DNA of 64,000 nt from Terriglobia bacterium. GTDB taxonomy: Bacteria > Acidobacteriota > Terriglobia > Bryobacterales > Bryobacteraceae. Each line of letters opens with the position of its first letter. The stretch's first letter is position 1. The notes below the pieces were generated by a model that made no database searches, was not told the origin of the DNA, and was given only the letters and a program-made list of their open reading frames with translations. Below are positions 56,445 to 64,000 of the stretch, piece after piece. A program made the translations under genes and the position numbers. The stretch spans positions 194,542 through 258,541 of the forward strand of contig CAVWRP010000014.1 in assembly GCA_963757345.1 (NCBI GenBank), written 5' to 3'.

Positions 56445-57092
56445 CCTCTTCGGTCTGCGACGCAGGAAGGCTGCAACTGCGACAATCCCCGAACCGAGCA
56501 ACGTCATGCTGCCGGGCTCGGGAGTCACAGTCGTCATGCTTAGCGTTCCCCTGCCTTTGCCATTAAAGGGGTCACCGAGATCGTTCGATGTAGTTAGCGT
56601 ACCGTCGGACGTCCAGCCGTTTGTCGATCTGGCTGTAAAGCTCAGCGTTTGGTTATTTCCGCCCCAAGTGCCGCTGTGGTCGAAATGGAAGTCTCCTGAA
56701 AAGGAACCACCCGTTATCGTCCCTGTGAAGGAGTATGTATGCCCATTCCCATCAAAAGCAACCAAAGACATAGAGCCGCCATTAAACGTCCCTGACCAAT
56801 GCTCCTCGCATGGAAAAGCGTTATCACACCCGTGATCGTCAAAGTAGTTATCCAAATCGATAGCGGGGTCAGTGGTAAGAAATCCGGCCCCGGGCATAAG
56901 TGACGGAAACAACACCGTCAGATTTTGAAAGCCCTGAAACTCAGTGAAAGCGTGGATACCAGTACCTTCCAGGTCGAAGGTTCCCGTAAACATGCTTATG
57001 GTTTCAGCGTCCGCACGCTGGACTCCACATGGGGAGCCAGCGATCGCAAAAGCAACCAAAAACGTTGGAATGAACCGCAGTGCTTTTTTCAT
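56418..57092 (-). CDS. PEP-CTERM sorting-signal protein
   Basis: Signal MKKALRFIPTFLVAFAIAGS. The C-terminal VTPEPGSMTLLGSGIVAVAAFLRRR has the PEP motif, a hydrophobic helix and an Arg cluster. Confidence 0.8.
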   Translation of the reverse strand: MKKALRFIPTFLVAFAIAGSPCGVQRADAETISMFTGTFDLEGTGIHAFTEFQGFQNLTVLFPSLMPGAGFLTTDPAIDLDNYFDDHGCDNAFPCEEHWSGTFNGGSMSLVAFDGNGHTYSFTGTITGGSFSGDFHFDHSGTWGGNNQTLSFTARSTNGWTSDGTLTTSNDLGDPFNGKGRGTLSMTTVTPEPGSMTLLGSGIVAVAAFLRRRPKRLCSQAQQS

Positions 57093-57167
57093 AACAGTTT
57101 CACTCCCGCCGCGCCGTCAAGGCTATCTCCTAAGCACTGCTAAGTCAAGAACTATCTGTTTCATCGC

Positions 57168-59978
57168 TCAATAACTCACAATGATTTCATACGTTACCGC
57201 CGTTGGTCTTTCGATTTCGATCCATTCTCGGCCAGCGTCGAACGCCTTCCAGTCCTGCCCGTTGACCGAGACGGCCCGGATGGCCTTCTCTTCCGGATGA
57301 CGCAAGCGGACCAGCAGTTTGTTCAGATGGTCTGTCGATGACAGACGTACGCGAGCTGAAATTTGACCCTTTTGCGATTCGCTGTGTATGTGAAAGGATG
57401 TCAATCCGAAGCGGGTGGGCGCACCTGAGACATCGATGTCTTTTGAATTTTCAAGCCAGGCTCGCGGCGCGGCTTGTCCGAGAATCAGTGTTTCATCGTC
57501 CATTTCCCGTACAAGCATGTTGCGAAATAGTTCGAACCAGGAGCCGTCGGTGCTCGGCGGCCCGAAGTACTGGCCATGCGTCCAGCGATGTTCGACCGGC
57601 TCGAAGACAGTGTGGCTGAAGGCGCACGCCATCTGGCTGTAGAACGCGCGAATAGCCGCCTTCGCGTTGTCGCGGTAGAGATACGACAGCCCCTGCGGAG
57701 CATACACGGGTTCGTTTGCCATTCCCCAGTTTTTGAGGAATAGATTGTCCTCGTGATCATTCAGGAGAAAGTCGGCTAACTGCCCGTTCGCTGACAAAAG
57801 TTTCAGCCTTAAAAGATGCAGGGGACCGGTATCCACATCGGTGGGATACCAGAGCTCCATCAAGCGGCGCGGCACTGAGGCATCCGAAGGCACAAACGGC
57901 TGCCAGGACCCGTCGCGAAGCTGCACCAGAGGAGCTGATGCCATAGCTTGTGCGAAACCGGCTTCCGCCGCATCGCGAAACTGCGCTGCCTCCGCCAGAA
58001 CAGAACGAGCTCGCGTGTTCCCGGCCTGTTGCAGTGCTTGCCCGAAGCGTTCAAGCCCCGCGTACATATATGCCTGGTTGATTGCCCAGATCCCGGACCC
58101 GGTGCCGTCATTGAGAGGGCCTTCAACCAACCCGCTGAAATCCGGGCGCGTCCTTGCACGCTTGCACTCTGATTCGCACCAATCGAGGGCTTTCAGAGCG
58201 TAGGGCAAGAGTGAGTCAAAACCCTTGCGATCCTGTGACAGTAAGTAATACTGAGCCGAGGCATAGAGCATCGCCGGCGTGTACATCATCCAGTTTGCAA
58301 AGCCGCTGACATGGCCGTTCACGTCCTGATTGAGGCGAAAGGCGTCGAGCAACTCTTCCAATGCAACCGAGGAGTAGCCCCTCAGCTCGTAAAGCATGTA
58401 ATCTACGTAGATACAGTGGACGCCAGGCCAGGGAATGCCCGTCTGATCGTACGCGAAATTGGAGTACGGCAGGTCAATCTTGACGTCCGGGTTATCGGCG
58501 CCATGACGCCGAGGCAATCGTAATGCATGCCAAACGGAAGCGTGCAGGAGATCGTTAACTGCCTTTTCCGGAACTTGGAATTGCGCTCCCCGCGCAACCC
58601 AAGCAGACCAGAAGTTCAATGTCGCTTGCCGGGACTCAGCATAATCGAGCCGAGCGAGAACCTCGGCTGCCTCCGCGTCGGTCGTAGGAGAAGGCAACTT
58701 GACGATGATTTCCCGAGACTGACCGGGCTCGATTTCTTCCATATCGATTGCATCGAAACGCGCGCTGCGGGCAACACGCTTATCTTCGTTCTGGTAGTCA
58801 AGCGTCTGATGCCATAGCGGAGGGCCCCCCGTTTCCTGAACGAAGAGAAGGCCGTGGTGTCGGGCCCTGTCACGAAACAGAAACCCCTTCTCGAGAGGCA
58901 CGCATTCGATGCTGGTGCCCGTTTGGACCGGGATAAGCCTCGAATGGGTCATGCTGATCGGCACTTTTGCTCTCTTCGCGCCCAGGTTTGTCACGCGAAC
59001 CTTCTGTAGCAGCACCATCGGAATATCTCCACGCCGCTGCTTTGGAGGCCCGTTCAATGGATATGCAAATTGCTCTACTTCATAGCGCAGTTCACCTTCT
59101 TGAAAGGTGGTCGTCACCACAGGAAGCCCGTCCTGCAGCCGCTGAGACTGCCAGGATTTGATGATCCCTTGCGTCAGATCTCCGAAACCGAACCAGAATC
59201 GAAAGTGGTCTTCGTTTCCGTAATCGTTCCAGACACCCGCTCCCCGGTCGATTCCAAACTTAGCAAGCGAACTGTCCCACGAAAGACAAATAATGTGGCC
59301 GGGCGCTACCTGGTGCGGATGAACATAGCTCGGATTCCCCATATCGACCCATTTCGAGGCATATGTGTCGTAAGTGGCCTCCGGTTCCTGCGCCACACGT
59401 TCGAGAGTCGTTTCCTCTTCGCCGGAAGGATGTCGATACGCCTCGAAAGAGACGGGATGGTCTTCGAGCGTTAAGAAGACGTCATAGGCCGGGACCCACA
59501 TCGCTTTCGTCCGCTGAAGCTGGGCAGCACTTAGGACGAAACCCTGCAACTTGTTTTCGCCGACAAGAATCTTGACGCCGCCTGTGTTTGCGGCGTTCGT
59601 CCAATCTCGGGAAAGACGTGCGGCGGCGTCAGGAGCGCTGTGGCTGATGAGGTCGGACCACATGACGTGAAGTGGCGGGATGTCCTGCGGCTCCTCATCC
59701 GGATACGTGAGCGTGAATGTTAGTGAAGCAACTTGCCTGTTTCCTGCCTGTCCGGTCCATGTCGTCTCTTGAACGGCATTGCCCGGATAATTACTCGCGT
59801 CGCGCAGCAGGCTCACCTTGCTCAACGCTGTGGCCGGCTCCACGCTGATATGGAATGGCTGCCGGTCTCCGAGCCCATTTCCAAACGACAGCCGAATGTG
59901 CATTTCAGCTCCGGTAAGAACAGGCGAAACCAGCAGCAGCGAGAGAACGACTTTAAAAAGATCGCCGCGGAAATGCAT
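57168..59978 (-). CDS. Large secreted hypothetical protein, possibly (alpha/alpha)6 glycosidase/lyase-like
   Basis: ATG 59978 gives MHFRGDLFKVVLSLLLVSPVLTGAE (signal) and avoids overlap with the divergent gene at 60083. The 936-aa protein has a C-terminal half rich in helical W/Y/A-rich repeats. The function call is weak. Confidence 0.6.
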   Translation of the reverse strand: MHFRGDLFKVVLSLLLVSPVLTGAEMHIRLSFGNGLGDRQPFHISVEPATALSKVSLLRDASNYPGNAVQETTWTGQAGNRQVASLTFTLTYPDEEPQDIPPLHVMWSDLISHSAPDAAARLSRDWTNAANTGGVKILVGENKLQGFVLSAAQLQRTKAMWVPAYDVFLTLEDHPVSFEAYRHPSGEEETTLERVAQEPEATYDTYASKWVDMGNPSYVHPHQVAPGHIICLSWDSSLAKFGIDRGAGVWNDYGNEDHFRFWFGFGDLTQGIIKSWQSQRLQDGLPVVTTTFQEGELRYEVEQFAYPLNGPPKQRRGDIPMVLLQKVRVTNLGAKRAKVPISMTHSRLIPVQTGTSIECVPLEKGFLFRDRARHHGLLFVQETGGPPLWHQTLDYQNEDKRVARSARFDAIDMEEIEPGQSREIIVKLPSPTTDAEAAEVLARLDYAESRQATLNFWSAWVARGAQFQVPEKAVNDLLHASVWHALRLPRRHGADNPDVKIDLPYSNFAYDQTGIPWPGVHCIYVDYMLYELRGYSSVALEELLDAFRLNQDVNGHVSGFANWMMYTPAMLYASAQYYLLSQDRKGFDSLLPYALKALDWCESECKRARTRPDFSGLVEGPLNDGTGSGIWAINQAYMYAGLERFGQALQQAGNTRARSVLAEAAQFRDAAEAGFAQAMASAPLVQLRDGSWQPFVPSDASVPRRLMELWYPTDVDTGPLHLLRLKLLSANGQLADFLLNDHEDNLFLKNWGMANEPVYAPQGLSYLYRDNAKAAIRAFYSQMACAFSHTVFEPVEHRWTHGQYFGPPSTDGSWFELFRNMLVREMDDETLILGQAAPRAWLENSKDIDVSGAPTRFGLTSFHIHSESQKGQISARVRLSSTDHLNKLLVRLRHPEEKAIRAVSVNGQDWKAFDAGREWIEIERPTAVTYEIIVSY

Positions 59979-60082
59979 CGCCCAATATTTTAGCCAGCGT
60001 AGCCGATCCGCGCATCCTGCATCTTGCGCTAAAGCTATACTTTTGAGCGCGGCATCGCCTCGCAAAGACTGGCCGCTGCTGA

Positions 60083-61234
60083 ATGAAGATAACCGCTGTC
60101 GAATTATTTGTTTTGCGATCGCCCGGGCTCTATCGGAATCCGGAAGGGGCTGAAGAACCACCCGGGCCGACTCATCTGGGGTTAGTGAAAGTTTCGACTG
60201 ACGCTGGCATTATCGGCTACTCCGATATTGAGACAGCACCATCGGTTGCTAAGGCGGCTGTTGAGGCGCCAAGGTGGAGCGAGGCAGGGATGGAGTGTTT
60301 CGACGGATTGGCTTCTCTGGTCGTTGGAGAGAACCCCCTCGAAACGGAACGTCTCTGGTACAAGATGTATCGCGGCAGCATTTACTATGGTCGCCGCGGG
60401 GTTGCGATTCAGGCCATTTCTGCCATAGACATCGCACTCTGGGACATAGCCGGGAAGTTCTACGGAGTTCCTGTTCATATCCTGCTGGGAGCGAAGTGGC
60501 GCACAAAAGTGAAAGCATACGCGAGCACGTTGTTTCGTCCCACGCCGCAAGCCATCACGGAAGCTGCGAAGAGGTACGTTGATCAGGGCTTCACTGCGGT
60601 GAAATTCGGCTGGGGCGTTTTCGGAAAGGACCGTGAGCTGGATCTGAAGCTGGTTGAAGCTGCTCGCCTTAGTCTCGGCGAACGAAACGATCTCCTCATA
60701 GATACCGGGTGGTTTGTGGAGCGCACACCGAAAGAGGCAATTCAGCTAGTTCGTTCTCTCGAGCCTTACCGCCCCTTTTTCGTTGAGGAGCTGCTTCATC
60801 CCGAAGACTACGCCGGCTATCGCGAAGTTGCGAGCGCGGTTGACACCCTGATCGCGTGCGGCGAGCAGGAATCCACTGACTGGGGCTTCCAGCGGCTGAT
60901 TGACGATGCCAGAGTGGATGTGCTCCAGCCCGATCTGACCAGATGCGGCGGACTCACCATCGGCCGAAAGATCGTTTTCATGGCGGAACGCGCTAACCGT
61001 CTCGTAATTCCCCATTCGTGGTGCTCCGATCTTTTGACGGCTGCGTCGTTGCATCTGAACGCGTTTCAGCGCCGGGCGGTGTTCGTCGAGTTCAATACGT
61101 CACAGGGCCCGCTCAGCCGCGAAATTGTGCGTAATCCGCTTACGCTCGAGGATGGCTATTTGCAGGTGCCTGAAAATCCCGGGCTCGGCGTTGAAGTCGA
61201 TGACGACACGATAAATCGCTACAGAGTCCAATAA
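60083..61234 (+). CDS. Enolase-superfamily enzyme (mandelate racemase/muconate lactonizing family, sugar-acid dehydratase-like)
   Basis: AIDIALWDIAGK, LLIDTGW, FFVEELL, ACGEQE (metal ligands D/E/E) and DVLQPDLTRCGG. Confidence 0.88.
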   Translation: MKITAVELFVLRSPGLYRNPEGAEEPPGPTHLGLVKVSTDAGIIGYSDIETAPSVAKAAVEAPRWSEAGMECFDGLASLVVGENPLETERLWYKMYRGSIYYGRRGVAIQAISAIDIALWDIAGKFYGVPVHILLGAKWRTKVKAYASTLFRPTPQAITEAAKRYVDQGFTAVKFGWGVFGKDRELDLKLVEAARLSLGERNDLLIDTGWFVERTPKEAIQLVRSLEPYRPFFVEELLHPEDYAGYREVASAVDTLIACGEQESTDWGFQRLIDDARVDVLQPDLTRCGGLTIGRKIVFMAERANRLVIPHSWCSDLLTAASLHLNAFQRRAVFVEFNTSQGPLSREIVRNPLTLEDGYLQVPENPGLGVEVDDDTINRYRVQ

Positions 61235-62626
61235 TCAATTCTGCGGCTTGCTTGCAAGCTCCCAAAAAACGACGCCGTATGGCTCGAGAGACACCGGATA
61301 ATCGCCGTTACCCTCGTTCAGATGGACCGGAGACAGCGGCTTAACTCTGAGATTTTCGTCGTCGCTCGGAGCCAAACTATCCAGTTGCTCGGGTGACGCT
61401 GTTGTACGAGCGGGTGTACCACTAATTCTCAGGTTGGCTTGCACGGCTCTTGGCGAGAAGTTCCAAAGGAGGATGGAGTACTTCAAAATCTCCGGATCCC
61501 ACGTCGCCAAACCGTGCACCTGTGGGTCCGAAGACGACAACGGCAGACGTTGTCCCGTAAGCCGCGAAAGCAGGAGGAAGGTGAAGTACGCCGGGCGAAC
61601 ATGGTTCTGATAATCAAACAGGCCATCATACTGTGGCTTTCGATTCCACCACCAGGCCATGTCAATCGCTCCGCGCGGAGACATGAACTTCTTAAACTGT
61701 TCCACTCGCACATGGTAGTCACGAATGTGGTAGTAGCAGGAGTAGTCGAGCCCCGCCTCGATCATTTGCCAGGCCGTCTCTGCAATAAATACAGGCTGAA
61801 AGCGCGGATCTTTCTCCGTGTTGCTTAGAGCCATGTTCCATTCGTTTAGAATCAGTTCCGGATGGAGCTCGGGGAATGCAGCTAATTGCTGTTTTTTCCG
61901 TTCAATAGTAGCCCGAATGCGGACCGGATCGCTGTTGTAGATATGCCAGGAGACAAAATCGAGAGGCAGCTTGCTCTCTTGAACAGCCCGTAGCAACGCC
62001 GGCAGAATGTCGGAATCAGGATCAGCCAGAGCAGGTCCTCCGACTTTGGCATTGGGATCAGACTGGCGAATTGCGCGTGCGCTATGCGAGTAGTAGCGCA
62101 CATAACCGTCGGGTGTGAATTTGTATGGGCACCCCCCCATTTCACCGATGTCCGGCTCATTTGCAATTTCCCAATACCTCACTCCCGAACCCCTGTTCTT
62201 GTAGCGTTCCACCATTGCTGCGATCAGCTTTTCCCATAGCGCGTAATCATTCGGGTCGGTGACGGTTTCGTCGATTTGGGGAAAGAGGACGTGGGGCTTG
62301 AAATCGATGTTCATGATGGGTGTGGCGCCCGTCGCAAGAATATCGTCAACCGCCCGGTCCAGTTTTGTCCATTCGAATCGATCGGTCGCGGGCATCAGTT
62401 CGTAGTATTCCTGGATGAAAAGCCGGATGACCTTCGGATGCAACGCTCGGATTTCGGGCACGCGATCGCCCCAGATGGAGTCCTCGGAGAGGCCGCCCTG
62501 GCCGAGTGCAAAGTGATCGATATTGAGCGGCTTACCTGGCTTCGAGAGGTCGAGCTCTAACGTGACTGTCTGGGCGCTAGCAATAAGTGTGAAAGCGGAG
62601 AGAAACAGGACTAGGCGAATCGGCAT
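61235..62626 (-). CDS. Secreted clan GH-A glycoside hydrolase (GH39-like)
   Basis: Signal MPIRLVLFLSAFTLIASAQ. YWEIANEPD is the acid/base NEP motif and LILNEWN the nucleophile context. Confidence 0.7.
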   Translation of the reverse strand: MPIRLVLFLSAFTLIASAQTVTLELDLSKPGKPLNIDHFALGQGGLSEDSIWGDRVPEIRALHPKVIRLFIQEYYELMPATDRFEWTKLDRAVDDILATGATPIMNIDFKPHVLFPQIDETVTDPNDYALWEKLIAAMVERYKNRGSGVRYWEIANEPDIGEMGGCPYKFTPDGYVRYYSHSARAIRQSDPNAKVGGPALADPDSDILPALLRAVQESKLPLDFVSWHIYNSDPVRIRATIERKKQQLAAFPELHPELILNEWNMALSNTEKDPRFQPVFIAETAWQMIEAGLDYSCYYHIRDYHVRVEQFKKFMSPRGAIDMAWWWNRKPQYDGLFDYQNHVRPAYFTFLLLSRLTGQRLPLSSSDPQVHGLATWDPEILKYSILLWNFSPRAVQANLRISGTPARTTASPEQLDSLAPSDDENLRVKPLSPVHLNEGNGDYPVSLEPYGVVFWELASKPQN

Positions 62627-62729
62627 GGGTCTTGAGAAGGCCTTGCGGCCCGTCTCAGGCTAACAGACTGAGTTTGGTTTGCGACGAAGCATCTTGCCCG
62701 CCGTCCACCACGCTGTATGGATCGAGCAC

Positions 62730-63761
62730 TCACCCATCGGAGGGGACTTCTTCGGCGATTACAAAGAGTGTTACACCTCGTAGGCAACTCGCTGGTGCGT
62801 GCATCATGACAACGACTCCGTCTCGATCAGCCTGAACCTTCATGGGAGAGTGGCTGATCTCCGCGAAATCGTGTAAATATCCGATCGCATCCCCCTTTTG
62901 CACACTGTCTCCCAAATCGACAGCCGGCTCCCAAATTCCATCTCGCAGGGCAGGCACATACGCTCCCAAGTCGAGCGCAGAAACGACCCTGGGCACGCCG
63001 TCGCGTTCCGTATCGATTCGTTGGACGTCCCCAGGGAGATGGCCATAACGGCGCATAAGGTTCATCATGCCTTCGAAAGCATGTCGAACCCCTCTTCTGC
63101 TCACCGTCTCGCCAAACCCGAACTCGCCCCCAACCGCAATTTTCCCTTCAGCCTCCGCCTCGTCAGTCAATAGGCCCGACGCCATCTGGCTCGAATAAAG
63201 AAACACGAATGGAGTATCGAAAAGTTTTGCGGCCTTGAGCATTTCGCTGAATTGCAAGGTGTCGGGTACCGAGTGAATCGAAGTACATAAGGCGAATCCG
63301 CCTTCTACGCCACCGGAATGAAGATCCGCCACCACACGCACTAACGGGAAGACAGAAGCCTTGACAAAATGAGCGATGCGATAGGAAATGCTCCCGCGCG
63401 CCTTCCCCGGAAAGGCGCGATTCATGTTCACGTTGTCCAATGGAGAAAGCCGCGTATTAGCCGAGCAGGCGCTGGCACTTAATTGGGGCATCAAAATAAC
63501 CCGGCCGGCGATTTGTTCAGGATTCAGTTCGGAGCAGAGTCGTTTGACTGCGATCTGTCCTTCCCATTCGTTGCCATGTGTCCCTCCGAAGACTGCGACA
63601 CCGGGCATGTTCTCGTTGACGATCTCGCGAGACCCATTGATCACCGTCAGCGGAACAAGCGAGTAACCCCAGGACGAATCGAGATGAAAAGCAACCGAGT
63701 AATGCCGTTTGCCTGGCGCGTCCCAGTCAATCTGGTCCGGGAAGATAGTTTCGCTCGGCAT
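62730..63761 (-). CDS. Succinylglutamate desuccinylase/aspartoacylase (AstE/AspA) family deacylase
   Basis: VFGGTHGNEWEGQIAV (HxxE zinc site) and ADLHSGG. The ATG shares one base with the TAA of the upstream gene. Confidence 0.8.
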   Translation of the reverse strand: MPSETIFPDQIDWDAPGKRHYSVAFHLDSSWGYSLVPLTVINGSREIVNENMPGVAVFGGTHGNEWEGQIAVKRLCSELNPEQIAGRVILMPQLSASACSANTRLSPLDNVNMNRAFPGKARGSISYRIAHFVKASVFPLVRVVADLHSGGVEGGFALCTSIHSVPDTLQFSEMLKAAKLFDTPFVFLYSSQMASGLLTDEAEAEGKIAVGGEFGFGETVSRRGVRHAFEGMMNLMRRYGHLPGDVQRIDTERDGVPRVVSALDLGAYVPALRDGIWEPAVDLGDSVQKGDAIGYLHDFAEISHSPMKVQADRDGVVVMMHAPASCLRGVTLFVIAEEVPSDG

Positions 63762-64000
63762 TATTGAAGGGAGGCTCGCAGCGCTTCCAGCCTGCCGCGT
63801 TCACCCCATACGGATTCGGTGTGGGACAGAATATCGTCTGCTGAAAACCAGAAGCGTTTTGGCTGCTGATCGCTGTGCAGACGCGCTTGATCTCCATAGT
63901 GCGGCGACGCAGGATTTTGCGATTCCCCATACGGCAGCAATGTCCAGACCTTCTTGGGAGTTGTTTCCGTGACGATCATCAGATGACCCCACCCATCATT
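63761..64000 (-). CDS. C-terminal end of a penicillin-acylase-family (S45, Ntn) amidase (partial, continues past window end)
   Basis: ...WTLLPYGESQNPASPHYGDQARLH... matches the conserved C-terminal G.S.NP.SPHY.DQ motif of this family. The frame stays open to the window edge. Confidence 0.65.
   Translation of the reverse strand, partial: NDGWGHLMIVTETTPKKVWTLLPYGESQNPASPHYGDQARLHSDQQPKRFWFSADDILSHTESVWGERGRLEALRASLQ

Noticed and set aside
1-64000. Defence island, prophage, integrative element or biosynthetic gene cluster.
   Set aside because: I found no integrase, transposase, recombinase, restriction/Cas/Abi-type, phage structural, PKS/NRPS or RiPP-type genes. I saw no flanking tRNA or direct repeats and no obvious compositional break.

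Overview
High-GC, densely coding chromosomal segment with about 45 genes. I found no rRNA, tRNA, CRISPR array, transposase, integrase or phage genes. The gene content looks Acidobacteriota-like (inference). It includes ADOP-type duplicated FtsX permeases with a PadR regulator and Oar-type TonB-dependent-receptor-like barrels with a carboxypeptidase-regulatory-like N-domain. It also includes CRTAC1/FG-GAP proteins, long TPR proteins and a PEP-CTERM protein. Housekeeping anchors are glmS, purS, msrB, a two-subunit molybdo-hydroxylase and a catalase. Main themes: (1) Three copies of an Oar-like barrel + TPR (+ CRTAC1-like) cassette. Two of them sit next to paralogous secreted proteins with a CxxCH motif and a PHM/DBH-like HH..H..HxH..M ligand pattern. 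This is my best candidate for an uncharacterised envelope system. (2) A translationally coupled ECF sigma / anti-sigma / HEAT / HEAT operon, followed by an M23 peptidase. (3) An unusual number of disrupted genes: an Oar-like gene with 9 frame changes in about 1.2 kb, a CRTAC1-like gene, an ADOP permease with an internal deletion, a secreted protein with 2 frameshifts, a catalase with a 1-nt insertion, an MBL hydrolase with no canonical start, and a binding-protein remnant. Many lesions look like an extra A, which could equally be assembly error. (4) A secreted protein with an extreme Gly/Tyr/His tail. (5) A PlpD-like patatin/Omp85 (type Vd) protein. (6) An ECF41-like sigma factor coupled to an FAD oxidoreductase. 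(7) A glycan/amino-acid-derivative catabolic cluster at the 3' end. All homology statements are motif recognition by eye, with no searches run.
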